Source: Patellaria atrata CBS 101060 (taxonomy: Eukaryota). From it: 36,815 bases of DNA. Positions 1 to 10,838 of this stretch are shown in pieces. Location: NCBI GenBank assembly GCA_010093705.1, contig MU006095.1:1116001-1152815 (forward strand), written 5' to 3'. Positions within the stretch are counted from its first letter, which is position 1, and each line of letters starts with the position of its first letter. Under the pieces are notes generated by a model. It had not been told where the DNA came from and did not search any database. It saw only the letters and a program-made list of their open reading frames with translations. The position numbers and the translations under genes were made by a program.

Positions 1-559
1 TGATCATTGGAAGAATGTGGACATGTCTTTACGCGTAATGGAGCGCTTGCGGCCTGGAAATTTGTGGAGTTGATGGCAGCAACCCGCACCACATACGAGT
101 GATTGGGTTTTAAACCTGTTACAGTAATCCAATTATGTTGTTTAGATACCTCTCCGACTGTATTACGATTTTATTAGCAAGAGAATGTGTTAACATGTTC
201 GCTTCCAGATAGCGTACCGACAATCCCGTTAAGCCGCACCTGGTACTTTACAACACCACTTCGTCCATCGGGGGCCTTCCAGTGCAGTATTATACCGTCC
301 GCTTTTATACCAGCAAGAGCAACTTCTGGGGTAACAGGGACTTCGAGACCAAGGAGTGTGATAAGCTCGTCAACAGGCTTCACAAGGACAAGATAAGAGC
401 GATAGAATAGCCTAGGATATTGAAGAGTCAGCAGGGTATGTTTACAGGAAGGTATGGGGATTCCACGAGCAAGAAGGGTATTCAAACTCACCAGAGTAAA
501 GCGGCAATGGTGCATATTGTTCGAAGCCATGAAGAAGTGAAATAAGTGAGAGTCTCCAT
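1..559 (-). CDS. 5' portion of a fungal fibronectin type III domain protein with an N-terminal hydrophobic segment (runs off the left edge)
   Basis: Manual splice model: exons 559-492, 411-218, 157-<1, with introns GTGAGT..TAG (491-412) and GTACGC..CAG (217-158). Translation METLTYFTSSWLRTICTIAALLWLFYRSYLVLVKPVDELITLLGLEVP..ILHWKAP..YQVRLNGIVVGEVS..ITVTGLKPNHSYVVRVAAINS has FN3 hallmarks (W, Y-x-V, L-K-P-x-x-x-Y-x-V-R-V-x-A). Confidence 0.8.
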
Positions 560-1390
560 GCTGTCGATGCCATCAGCACGCCAATGGACGAACTGCGAAG
601 TGGAGGTCATGGATGGCCTTTGTTGTCTTTTTATGTCATCTTGAAGTTTGAAGTTTATGATCGAGTGGTGACAAGCGGATGTAGTCTGCTAACCGTGGTA
701 CTCGGTTTGTTGTTCGAAAGACTGGAGGTCGATGAAGTGTATTTGGTGTAGTTTGAATATTAGCAAAGGCGGTGGCACTTTTTTTGGTGGGCGTTGAAAG
801 CTTTCTCGTGGCCGATCTGCCGCATGCATGAGACGATGAGCTGCCCGCTTTCCGCCCATGCATAAGGCCAGAATAAGGGCGCCGTATGACCAAAATCGCC
901 GGACCAAACCCCCCAGCCTAAAGAGCATAAAGTGCATTCCAACAACTCAACAATCTGTTCACCAACCTCCTCCCTCTTCTGAGAAACTGCCTGTATTTCT
1001 ATTTTCTTCAAATTGTTCACATAGTTACCATCAATTGACACTTACATTTGACACTTTGACAGCAGAATTCGGACACCTCCGAGTATCCCTGCGCCAATTC
1101 TGATACCTTGCACTGTTCTTGGGTGACGGCATAATACTGCAAGGGCACAAGGGCACCTCGGCCCACCAAACTATCTCATCATCCCATGACCTTCAGCTGA
1201 ACTCCGTGATATCTCTATAAACTATCCTACAAGTCCCAGGAGGCCTCCTTGACTTACCACATACCCAACCAACACCTCCTGTCCACATTCTGCGCATACA
1301 CATCTTCCGACTAGCACATATCCCGATTACCTTCGGGGCCCTGCACCCACCCCATTCCTGTCTGCCTTAAGACACATCTTCTTCGGGGAT

Positions 1391-3849
1391 ATGAACTACG
1401 TGCGCTCCACCTTTGGCTCAGTCTCGAAGACATGGAATTCTATAAATCCAGCTACGCTCAGCGGTGCTGTCGATGTCATCGTTGTTGAGCATGAAGATGG
1501 TAGGCGAACCCGCATATCAAATCCCAGTCAGGCTGTGAGTTACTGACGAAATTACGTTCAGGTACACTAGCATGCTCTCCCTTCCACGTACGATTCGGCA
1601 AGATCTCTCTCCTACGACCGTACGATAAGAAGGTCGAGTTTACGGTCAATGATGTAAAACAGGATTTTCCCATGAAACTTGGGGAAGGTGGAGAGGCCTT
1701 TTTTGTCTTCGAGACATCTGCCAGCATCCCGGAGGATTTACAGACATCTCCTCTCGTTTCCCCAGCTTCCAGTCCTGAACCACGGCCAGTTGAGGTTGTA
1801 ACTCCCACACAAGAGCTTCCAGAGCCAGATCTTCTGGACATAACATCTGAGAACAGGCTACCTAGTTTGCGAAGGAACACCACATCACTCAATGCGGAGT
1901 CGATTCTTGCATTGGACAGTAGTGCTAAGAGCAGATTCGATCTTCCTAGGCCAGTTTCCGGTGACTGGTCTGGCCATATACCTTCGCATTTTGAACGTTC
2001 GGTCAGCGAGGACATCCTGCCATCAGCAAAACACGATTTAACAAACTTCAATGTCAAAACAGGAGACAAACACTGTGCATCTACCCCCGGTGGATCTGTG
2101 ATTTCTGATAGCTCATCCGCAAGACGTTCTACCAGCCCGCCACCCTTATCCACTAGCGACGCAGTTACCCGTGCTATTAATTTATCCAAAAAGTTATGGA
2201 CATCAAACATACCAACTCAGGTTACTGATAATGGTGACCTGATGCTTGATATGACTGGGTATAAGAGTAGTGAGGACGATGCCCTAAGAGCAGAAGTCGT
2301 CGCTAGAAAAATAATAGCTGAAGAGCTTGAGGGAAATTACGATATTGGGGCATTAATAGGGGCTGATGAAAAGGGCAATTTATGGATCTATAGTAGTGAG
2401 GAAGCTAAAGAAGCTGCCGCTAGGAAGATGACCCTTGACGGATACAACCCAGCCGCGATGACTTCTTCTGATGCCATATCGGACCCCGGATATCATAGCG
2501 ATGATGCTCGAAGCGATGCTAGCGGTGATACTGTTTCTGGAGACCGTCTACGGAGAGATTCCGATAGCGCCGTTGGCTTGTCTTCGCCTCCTAAATCCCC
2601 TGATGCAACGAAGAACTATGCCAAAACACTGAGGTTAACTAGTGAGCAACTAAAAACGCTCAATCTCAGACCTGGAGCGAACTCGATGAGTTTTAACGTA
2701 AATCGCGCCATATGCCAAGCAAACATTTTTCTTTGGCATTACGACGTCCCAATAGTGATTTCTGACATTGATGGTACGATCACAAAGTAAGTAGAATTAT
2801 GTTTAAATATGAGAAAAGTACTAAATATCAGTAGGTCTGATGCTTTAGGACATGTTCTTAACATGATCGGCCGTGACTGGACACATCTCGGAGTGGCCAA
2901 GCTTTATACTGACATTGCAGCAAATGGATACAACATATTCTACTTGACTAGCAGATCTGTAGGCCAAGCGGATTCTACAAGAGCTTATCTCAAAGGTGTC
3001 ATTCAAGATGGCTATAGGTTACCTAACGGTCCTGTTATCATGAGCCCAGACCGAACGATTGCAGCGTTACGACGGGAAATCTACCTTCGAAAACCGGAGG
3101 TTTTCAAAATGGCCTGTTTAAGAGATATCAGAAGCTTGTTCGGCAAGAGAGAAACGCCTTTCTACGCAGGCTTCGGAAACAGATTCACAGATGCGTTGAG
3201 CTACCGCTCCGTGAGCATTCCTTCAACAAGGATCTTTACGATCAATTCAAACGCGGAGGTGTCACTAGATGTGCTATCTCTAAATAAATATAAGACCGGA
3301 TACGCGTCGATGAGAGAGATTGTAGATCATTTCTTTCCACCTGTGGGTCTACTGGTAAAAGAAGGGGGTGAACAATTTACAGACTTCAATTATTGGAGAG
3401 AACAACCCCTCGAGTTAGACGACTTTACCGACAGTGAGAGCGAGGATAATGGAGACGGTAGAACTTTCCGCGGAAGTATTCGTAGCGAAGATGAAAGATC
3501 AGATGTTGGTGACGAAGACGAGCCGGTAGAAGACCTGGAGGCAAGTTACCTGACACGGTCATCCATCGATGAAGGTGATCTTGGTGACTCGATAATGGAG
3601 AGCATCGAAGGCGATGATATAGAAAGATCAATAATTCAAGAAGACGAGGGGGGTTATGAAGAAGATGATGAAGAATATGACGACGATGAGGACGCTACCG
3701 AGTCTATCACACAAGATGTCGACGCTCTTGATCTGGACTCGGAAACACCACCTGCTGGTCCTCGGGGTCCCACACAAAATGATCTGAAGAACCTCGCACA
3801 GGTACTTAACTCATCACCAGCTCAAGCTCAAGCTCAAGCTTCAGCATAA
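1391..3849 (+). CDS. PAH1: Lipin / phosphatidate phosphatase (Pah1/Smp2/Ned1 family)
   Basis: Exons 1391-1499, 1562-2786, 2835-3849. N-LIP motif WNSINPATLSGAVDVIVVE..GTLACSPFHVRFGK; HAD motif ISDIDGTITKSDALGH; YLTSRSVGQAD, LRREIYLRKPEVFKMACL, FYAGFGNR; acidic C-terminal tail. Confidence 0.97.
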
Positions 3850-4592
3850 CTTCCCAGCACGCTTTTGTCCAAAATATATCCTCAAAACAACGATTCCGGC
3901 TATGTCGTTGAGCATTTCAGTTTCTGTCTTCCTTGATTCCCCGTCTTATCTCCAAAGGCCTTTGCATTGGGAGGCGTTGTCTCTGTATTTCGTTTATTCC
4001 GGCGCCGTTGTTAGCACTGCTTCATATCATGCCTGGCGTTGGTCTGATATATCCATAAGCATAGAACTCTGTACTTAGTCTGTACTTCTACTGTACTGTA
4101 CGAGGTGATAGATGGTCAGTTTGGTTGTTGTACTCTACTGTACTGTATCTTCACAATGGACTAGATTATGAGAAGATAACCCCTTATCTTAGACTATCAT
4201 TTACAGCTCTCTCGTGAGACTGCAGGTACCGCGGAGTGCGTGCAAGCATTTCAGGGGGTAGCTCAAGGGTGCCGGTTCGGATGTTACCAAATTCGGCATA
4301 GTGACGCCGCTTCCCCAAGGTTCCCTTGTTCCTTCCAAAGAATCTGCCCCCAGGCCTCCCAACCAACACCAGAAACATTGCAACTTAAGACATTCTGAAT
4401 CCAATGCGTACACTATAATAATTATGAGAGAAAGGGCGAGAATCTAGACCCATAAGCTACTATTCATGCTAACCTTCGAAACCCATGAAACAGGACCCCC
4501 ATGGCTTCGGCAGGGCCCCCACTCCATTGTCCGATAATATCAGGGAGGGGAGCCGATGAGTGACAATATGGCTGTGTATACATGACCATTGG

Positions 4593-4598
4593 TATAAA
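4593..4598 (+). promoter_or_regulatory. Candidate TATA box of the scytalone dehydratase gene
   Basis: TATAAA about 80 nt upstream of the ATG at 4678, followed by a pyrimidine-rich leader. Confidence 0.4.
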
Positions 4599-4677
4599 GA
4601 TGACGGTTTCCCAAATATTGACAGTTGGGCTCTTTACTCCACTTTCCTCAGGAATTCTATATTTCATTTTACTAACC

Positions 4678-5398
4678 ATGGCTGCTGTTGAAAATACGAA
4701 GAACTTGTCCTTCGAGGGTACGCGTTCTCACTCAACAATGAGGAAAGATGAAGTGACAATATTGATCGTGATTGAACAGATTACTGTGGAATCATGACAG
4801 CCGTCTTCGAATGGGCAGATAGCTATGACTCCAAAGACTGGGATAGGTTGCGAAAATGCATTGCCCCAACTCTTAAGGTAGGGTTCGTCACACGGGTCCC
4901 TTCCCGTCTATACTCAACACAATAGTGTCTACATACTGATAATCGCCCCAGATCGACTACCGCTCATTCCTCGACAAAATTTGGGAAGCAATGCCCGCAG
5001 AAGAATTCGTAGCCATGGCATCTGACCCCAACGTTCTCGGGGATCCCCTGCTCAAGACACAACATTTCATCGGCGGCACGCGATTTGAGAAGATCAGTGA
5101 CGATGAAGTCGTCGGTTATCATCAGTTACGAGTACCACATCAGAAGTACACCGATGCGACCAGAACCAAGGTCGCAGTCAAGGGCCACGCGCACAGCACC
5201 AACACCCACTGGTACAGGAAAGTCGATGGGGTATGGAAGTTTGCTGGGTTGAGTCCTGATATCCGGTGGTACGAATATGACTTCGACAAGGTGTTCGCGA
5301 GCGGTCGTGATTCTTTTGGTGAAGCCAAACAGGCGAGCGGCATCCCAGAGTCGAGCGAGACGCCTGCACTCGCAACAACTGAGCCGGTTGCTGCGTAG
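4678..5398 (+). CDS. SCD1: Scytalone dehydratase (DHN-melanin biosynthesis)
   Basis: Exons 4678-4717, 4780-4877, 4952-5398. Motifs [97 protein letters not shown] are diagnostic of the family. Confidence 0.97.
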
Positions 5399-5785
5399 TT
5401 CAGCTCATGAATGGTCTATTTCTTACTCTCAGTCAATGTTTTATTGTACGAATAGTGTCTTGATTATATCAGTCAGATACCACGGATATCACTATGAAAT
5501 TTTTACGAAGAGACGTCTGGGAACACTTGGGAGGACAAACCGTTACAATTGGCTACAATTTATGACGGAGATTACTCCGTACGACCTATGGAAGAATTTT
5601 GTGATATCAATACGCAAAATGCTCTTCAACCTTGGGTACATACTTTCAATGTCCAAATCGCTAACTCGTATGATTGCATCCAAGATTATAGGCTAATAGG
5701 CGTGCTCATTGAATATTAATGCATCAGCACTACCGCCCTGTACTATTATTGGAACACAGCCTTCATAGGCCCCACATCATGTGCC

Positions 5786-5817
5786 GTACCTGTACTGTAC
5801 CTGTACTGTACCTGTAC
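5786..5817. repeat. Minisatellite, 11-bp unit GTACCTGTACT x~3
   Basis: Read directly from the sequence. Confidence 0.85.
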
Positions 5818-6592
5818 ACGGTCATTTCCCACGAATTCCCCTAGAAAAGGACGGAAAGTATCTTCAAGCGGGCAACTTCGGAAGATGAAATTTTAGACGA
5901 GAGGATCTACTCCACTACATTTATGTTTTCTAGTCATGGTGACACAATACCTGTGGCATGGGATATAGTGCAAAAAGAAAATGGCTCGTCGACGGGACCA
6001 TAGAGCGGGCGTACCGTAGAAATTGATATACGGAAGTACACGGTTGCCTAATTTTCTTTGAGGGAAGAAAGCGTGAGGCAATCCGGTAAGTTCGGCATGC
6101 ATCGCACTTTAGATCTAAACTCGATTGGAGTTGGGTTGAGGTCCGTCAGGAGTCCATCATATCTCATGGTATAGTACCATTATTACGCTCGGTAACCTTG
6201 GCCATGGTTGAATGACCGAGGTGCCCTGTATCCTTTGAAAACGGTTACCCCAAGAGGTTGAATATTGATATCTCCGCGTCCGAAGATACGTGGTGGTAAC
6301 AAAGAATAAGATACCATTGGGAACAGGGTTCATCCAGAATGGCACAGCTCCGGTGAGTCCAGTCTGCTCAAGGGTGATACAAGGCTCATGTCGTGCATAG
6401 AGGAAGATCAGTAGTTTAAGGTGGATTCAGCAAATAGGATGAGGCGTTGGATACGTGATTTTTGAAAAAAGATTGACTCTCGATCATCGGTGATTCGGTA
6501 GATCTGCCAAAGCTTGATTGACGGGTAAAAATTTCTCGCAGATATAGAACGAGATTCCTCGTCTCGTGAACGGCTGAGTTTGGAAATGGATA

Positions 6593-6637
6593 TACTGTAC
6601 CATTGTACTGTACCATTGTACTGTACCATTGTACTGT
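6593..6637. repeat. Minisatellite, 13-bp unit TACTGTACCATTG x3.5
   Basis: Read directly: units start at 6593, 6606 and 6619, with a partial unit at 6632. Confidence 0.9.
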
Positions 6638-6691
6638 GCTAGTAGTTCTACCGGGTTTCTGTTTTCATATCCAAGCTCAAGTTTGTTGGAT

Positions 6692-6746
6692 AGTTCCAGA
6701 GAAGTTCCAGAGGAGTTCCAGAGGAGTTCCAGAGGAGATCCAGAGG
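6692..6746. repeat. Minisatellite, 11-bp unit AGTTCCAGAGG x5
   Basis: Read directly: five units; the first and last each have one mismatch. Confidence 0.9.
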
Positions 6747-7364
6747 AGAAGAACAGCAGGTGAATTGATGGGATGGATATATAACCTGAGATGAGCAAAA
6801 AGATACTTTAAAGAAAGCTACAAGTCACATGATTGAATATTGACATCGATTTCCCTTGTTGAACAACGGCGCGGTTCACGCGTTTTATTGCAGTTTAGGT
6901 ATGGTGTTGTTGCTCCCGGTCCTTGGTATTCGTGGTTGGTATGGTTAGTATAATTAGTGGTAGGAAGGCCTCAAAGTCGGCCGTGCTCTCCGTGGTTGCT
7001 AACTTTGCTGGCCAAACCTCATCCACTACTCGGCATCCACTTCTGCAGCTTTTCCCTTCCATTATTTCCCTCTCGCCTGTTTCGACCTTGGAACCTTCGA
7101 CCCCTCCTTCTGGTTCAGGTTCTGCTCATCGCTCATCGCATCCACCTTCTCTCAGCAACCTTGAACCCCAACTCATCATCTCCACGTCCCGGACACTACA
7201 CATATCTATCTCTTTTCTTCTCTTTTTCTATCTCTCTGTTGATACTGTTTCTCCTCATCTCGTCTTCCTTTGCGTTGCGGGTCTTGGTGCTTTACTGCTT
7301 ACCTTCAATATCTGGAGTCTCAGTCTCGACCTTTTTGCATTGTTGCGGCTCTGCTTGTCATCTG

Positions 7365-8168
7365 GTAAGTGAGTGCTCTTTTTCCTTCATGATTTTTTTT
7401 TTATCGCATCATGCTACAGTACCCAATTCGCTCTGTTTCCCTGTCGCCTGCACCTCAACCTCGATCAGCCTCATCCGACCCCGCGGTCTCGCCCAACAAC
7501 CACTCCCGCGCTCGAGGTATATTTATACACCCTACGCTCACTGTGCGCATTGCAATGTTGCTCCCAATGACTTCGTCATCGCTTCAACATTCGACCTTCA
7601 CATGAGATCCTTTCACAAACTCCCAGTTTAACCGAAGGCCTACTGTCACCCCAGGGCACACGCTTTCGGCGCAACCTTTTTTGTACTTTGTACATTCCCC
7701 TCTTATCCAGCGCTAGTCCTGTAACCTCGTCATTCACCTATCTGTGTTCATAAAGCGTCCGTTCGGATTGCATTGCGACATGCGCATGCGCATGTGATTC
7801 TCCAAAGTGTCACCTAAGCTCACATTCGCATCTAGGTTCGCAAGTGACCTACCTATTCTACAGCGTCGAATATCCTTCAATCAAACAAACCTTCATTCAC
7901 GGATATCACGCGCTTTCGAGGTTCGGTCAACACAATCTTATCCCCGTACTTAAGAGTTCGTCCGCCAGCCAAATTTCTACGGGCAATAAACTTTTATCCA
8001 CATTCTCATTCGACGTAATCTACGTACCACACAACCGTACCTGCATCCGCTGTCTCACTTTTATAATCTGGCGAACGGCTTATAGCTCTATTCTTCCGCT
8101 GCTTGTATGCTACGTCATTCGGGATCCAGCCTATAACTGCACAACTTCCGCTAACCAATCCGGCGCAG
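7365..8168 (+). other. Long, possibly nested or multi-step, 5'-UTR intron of the Nam8-family gene
   Basis: Donor GTAAGT at 7365 overlaps GTGAGT at 7369, after a CT-rich leader. Branch GCTAAC 8150-8155 with CAG at 8168, then an ATG-free 120-nt leader to the ATG at 8289. Internal branch/acceptor GCTCAC..TAG at 7835 and internal donor GTATGC at 8105. Confidence 0.6.
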
Positions 8169-8288
8169 ACTTTAGAACTACTACCCTTCGCTCTCTTGCA
8201 ACGGTTTCGCACGAGTCTTCGACTTTCTTTGCGCAGTTCAATTTATCACTAGTGTTCATCTAGCTACTAGCAATACCTCGCAGTCAAG

Positions 8289-9750
8289 ATGAGTTTCCCA
8301 AACTATGATCAGTTTCAAGGTCAGCCTGGCGCTGAGGATGCTGGCGCTCCAGGCGCACCCGGTCAACAACAACAGCAACAGCAACCTGGCCAGCAGATAG
8401 AGAATGCTGCGGGACAATTTCAAGGTGGCAACATGGGTCCAGGATCTGCCGGTCAACAACAGCAAGGAGACAGCTCCAAGACAACTCTCTGGTACGTCAC
8501 TTGGAACGACAGGCTACAATAGAAGTTGAAATGCGAATGTATACGACAACATCATACTAACGGGCCTTGCAGGATGGGCGAATTGGAACCTTGGATTGAC
8601 GAAAACTTCGTCCGCAGTATTTGGTTTGGCATGGGGGAGCAAGTCAACGTCAAGATGATCCGCGACAAATTCTCAGGGTAAGGCAATCCAACCACCCCGA
8701 ATGATGATACAGTATTAACCAATTTCCGAAGAAGCAACGCCGGTTATTGCTTCGTTGATTTCGCTTCTCCTGAAGCCGCAGCGAAAGCCTTGAATTTGAA
8801 CGGAACTCTAATCCCGAACTCCAGTCGACCATTCAAGTTGAACTGGGCATCTGGTGGCGGGCTTGCTGATCGCAGGTATGTTACACCGCATTCTGGAATC
8901 GGCCAACTGACTTTCTCGATAGCCGAGACGACCGCGGACCCGAATTTTCCATTTTCGTCGGTGATCTCGGACCTGAGGTAAATGAATACGTACTTGTATC
9001 CCTTTTCCAAAATCGCTTCCCGTCATGCAAATCTGCCAAGATCATGTCCGATCCGCTCACTGGAATGTCGCGCGGCTATGGATTTGTCCGCTTCTCCGAC
9101 GAATCAGAGCAGCAGCGAGCATTGGTCGACATGCAAGGCGTGTACTGCGGTAACCGCCCGATGCGCATCTCTACCGCAACCCCAAAGAATAAGAGTGGGG
9201 GTCCAGGTCCCGCCGGTATGGCTATGGGCGCAGGTGGTGCTATGGGCGCCGGACCTGTTGGAATGTTCGGCATGGGGGCACCGCCGATGGGTTACTACGG
9301 CGGTGGTGCTGCACCATCACAGCCTATGAACCAGTTCACGGATCCAAACAACACCACAGTCTTTGTTGGCGGTCTTTCTGGTTACGTCACCGAGGATGAG
9401 TTACGGTCTTTCTTCCAGGGATTCGGTGAGATTACATACGTTAAGATTCCACCCGGCAAAGGTTGCGGTTTTGTTCAGTTCGTACAACGACACGCCGCAG
9501 AAATGGCAATCAACCAGATGCAGGGCTATCCGATTGGAAACTCTAGGGTCAGGCTTTCCTGGGGCCGTAGTCAGAACAATTCCGGTCCGGCCGGCACCCC
9601 TTACCGACCAGCACCACCACCGCCAGTCTACCCATCCATGGGAGGTATGCCTCCTCAAAATCATTACGGCAATTTCGCTCCTTTCAAGGTAAGTGCGGCA
9701 ACGGTAAACGCGTCCGTCTCCGCCGACAATGCTAACCTGGGTTTCAGTAA
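8289..9750 (+). CDS. NAM8: Three-RRM RNA-binding protein of the Nam8/Ngr1/Csx1 (TIA-1-related) family
   Basis: Exons 8289-8491, 8573-8677, 8732(or 8735)-8875, 8923-9688, 9748-9750 (stop only). RRM1 KTTLWMGELEPWIDENF..NAGYCFVDF..FKLNWASGG; RRM2 EFSIFVGDLGPEVNE..SRGYGFVRF..RPMRISTATPK; RRM3 DPNNTTVFVGGLS..GKGCGFVQF..RVRLSWGRS; Q-rich N-terminus. Nam8 versus Ngr1 orthology is not resolvable by eye. Confidence 0.9.
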
Positions 9751-10637
9751 GCGCATTCCATCCTTCTTGATGTTTCTTTAGCGGGGAGTTCATTACGTCG
9801 AGCACTGGTAGCTCTACAAACGATCGGCTGTTCATTATCTCTCATGTTGCATGCCACGTAACGAACCTACATCCCTCTCTTCACCAAAACATCTCTCATT
9901 GGACTTTACTCATGGGTGGTTTATGCCAATTCTTGCAAAAAAAAGTGTTTATTATCATTCTTTCCTTCTGCACGGTCTTATTTATTTTTCCCCCATACTC
10001 GGTGGTCTAGAGAAAATCAATGCCTCTTTGTACAACAGTGGGTTCCCCATGCACTGCTGGGCCTCTCATCGAACGGATTGCTCTTGCTGTTCTGTTTTCT
10101 TCATTCACTTCTGCCTTGTAGCTTAGCTATAGTTCTTGGTCAGTCTGATAGCGTTGGGGATGGCGGACTCGGCTTCTTCATTATACCGAGAACTTGCAAG
10201 TGCGAAGTCTCGACGTCTGACGGCTGTTGCTTGTCCCCGGCATCTGAAATAAGACTCATGATTTCACAATCAATTTCCTTGTTGCGGATGTTGGAAAAAA
10301 AAAAAATAAACAGCGTGTTCATGCATGAGTTTGTAATGTCATGTTCTGTCCGCTAAACGTTGTACAATTGTTTACCTTTGCTCGCAAAGCTTTGAGGTTC
10401 AGCAGTACAGTACTACTATTATGTCTAGTTACGTGTTTTACAGGTTGTGCGCTCCAGCGATTCTTGCATGCTTGTCCTGATCCAGTCAAGTATTTGGTTG
10501 AATTCTGCTCTGCTTACATGTACAGTCCACGCATTGCATCCGTCGTTTTGCGCGCATCTGCTACAGCAACACCCTTCTGGCCACGTTCGCTAACAAGACC
10601 GTCTGTTTAACACAGTCCTGTCAACTTCCCCTTCCAA

Positions 10638-10838
10638 ATGCATCCCGGTTACACATTTCCAGCTTTTGGCCCGCCTCGTCCTATGGCTCCGATCTCTCCC
10701 CTGACCGCGGAACCCACTCATACTACGCTCGATGCGCTCACCGACCGTATGAATGAGCTGGAAGTTGAGAAAAGGCGTCCGCGTGACAGCTTCGATCCTG
10801 ACACGAGTGGGCCCATAGTTCGTACTCCCAAACCTTGA
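10638..10838 (+). CDS. Small 66-aa hypothetical protein or uORF
   Basis: ATG in good context (CCAAATG) after a pyrimidine-rich leader, with protein-like composition (Pro-rich ends, helical core TLDALTDRMNELEVEKRR). No recognised domain. Confidence 0.5.
   Translation: MHPGYTFPAFGPPRPMAPISPLTAEPTHTTLDALTDRMNELEVEKRRPRDSFDPDTSGPIVRTPKP

Noticed and set aside
1476..2210. 244-aa antisense ORF over lipin
   Set aside because: Shadow of a well-supported coding strand; no recognisable domain.
5400..6600. Possible transposase or pseudogene remnant
   Set aside because: No DDE, RT or other recognisable motif in the frames I read, and no terminal inverted repeats found.
6692..6746. CRISPR-like or heat-shock-element array
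   Set aside because: Head-to-tail repeats without spacers in a eukaryote; the spacing does not match alternating nGAAn units.
6923..7631. 149-aa and 224-aa hydrophobic ORFs upstream of the RRM gene
   Set aside because: They translate a CT-rich leader and intron, which gives spurious Leu/Ser/Phe-rich peptides; they start at non-ATG codons in the track and do not join the main frame via the best acceptor (8168).
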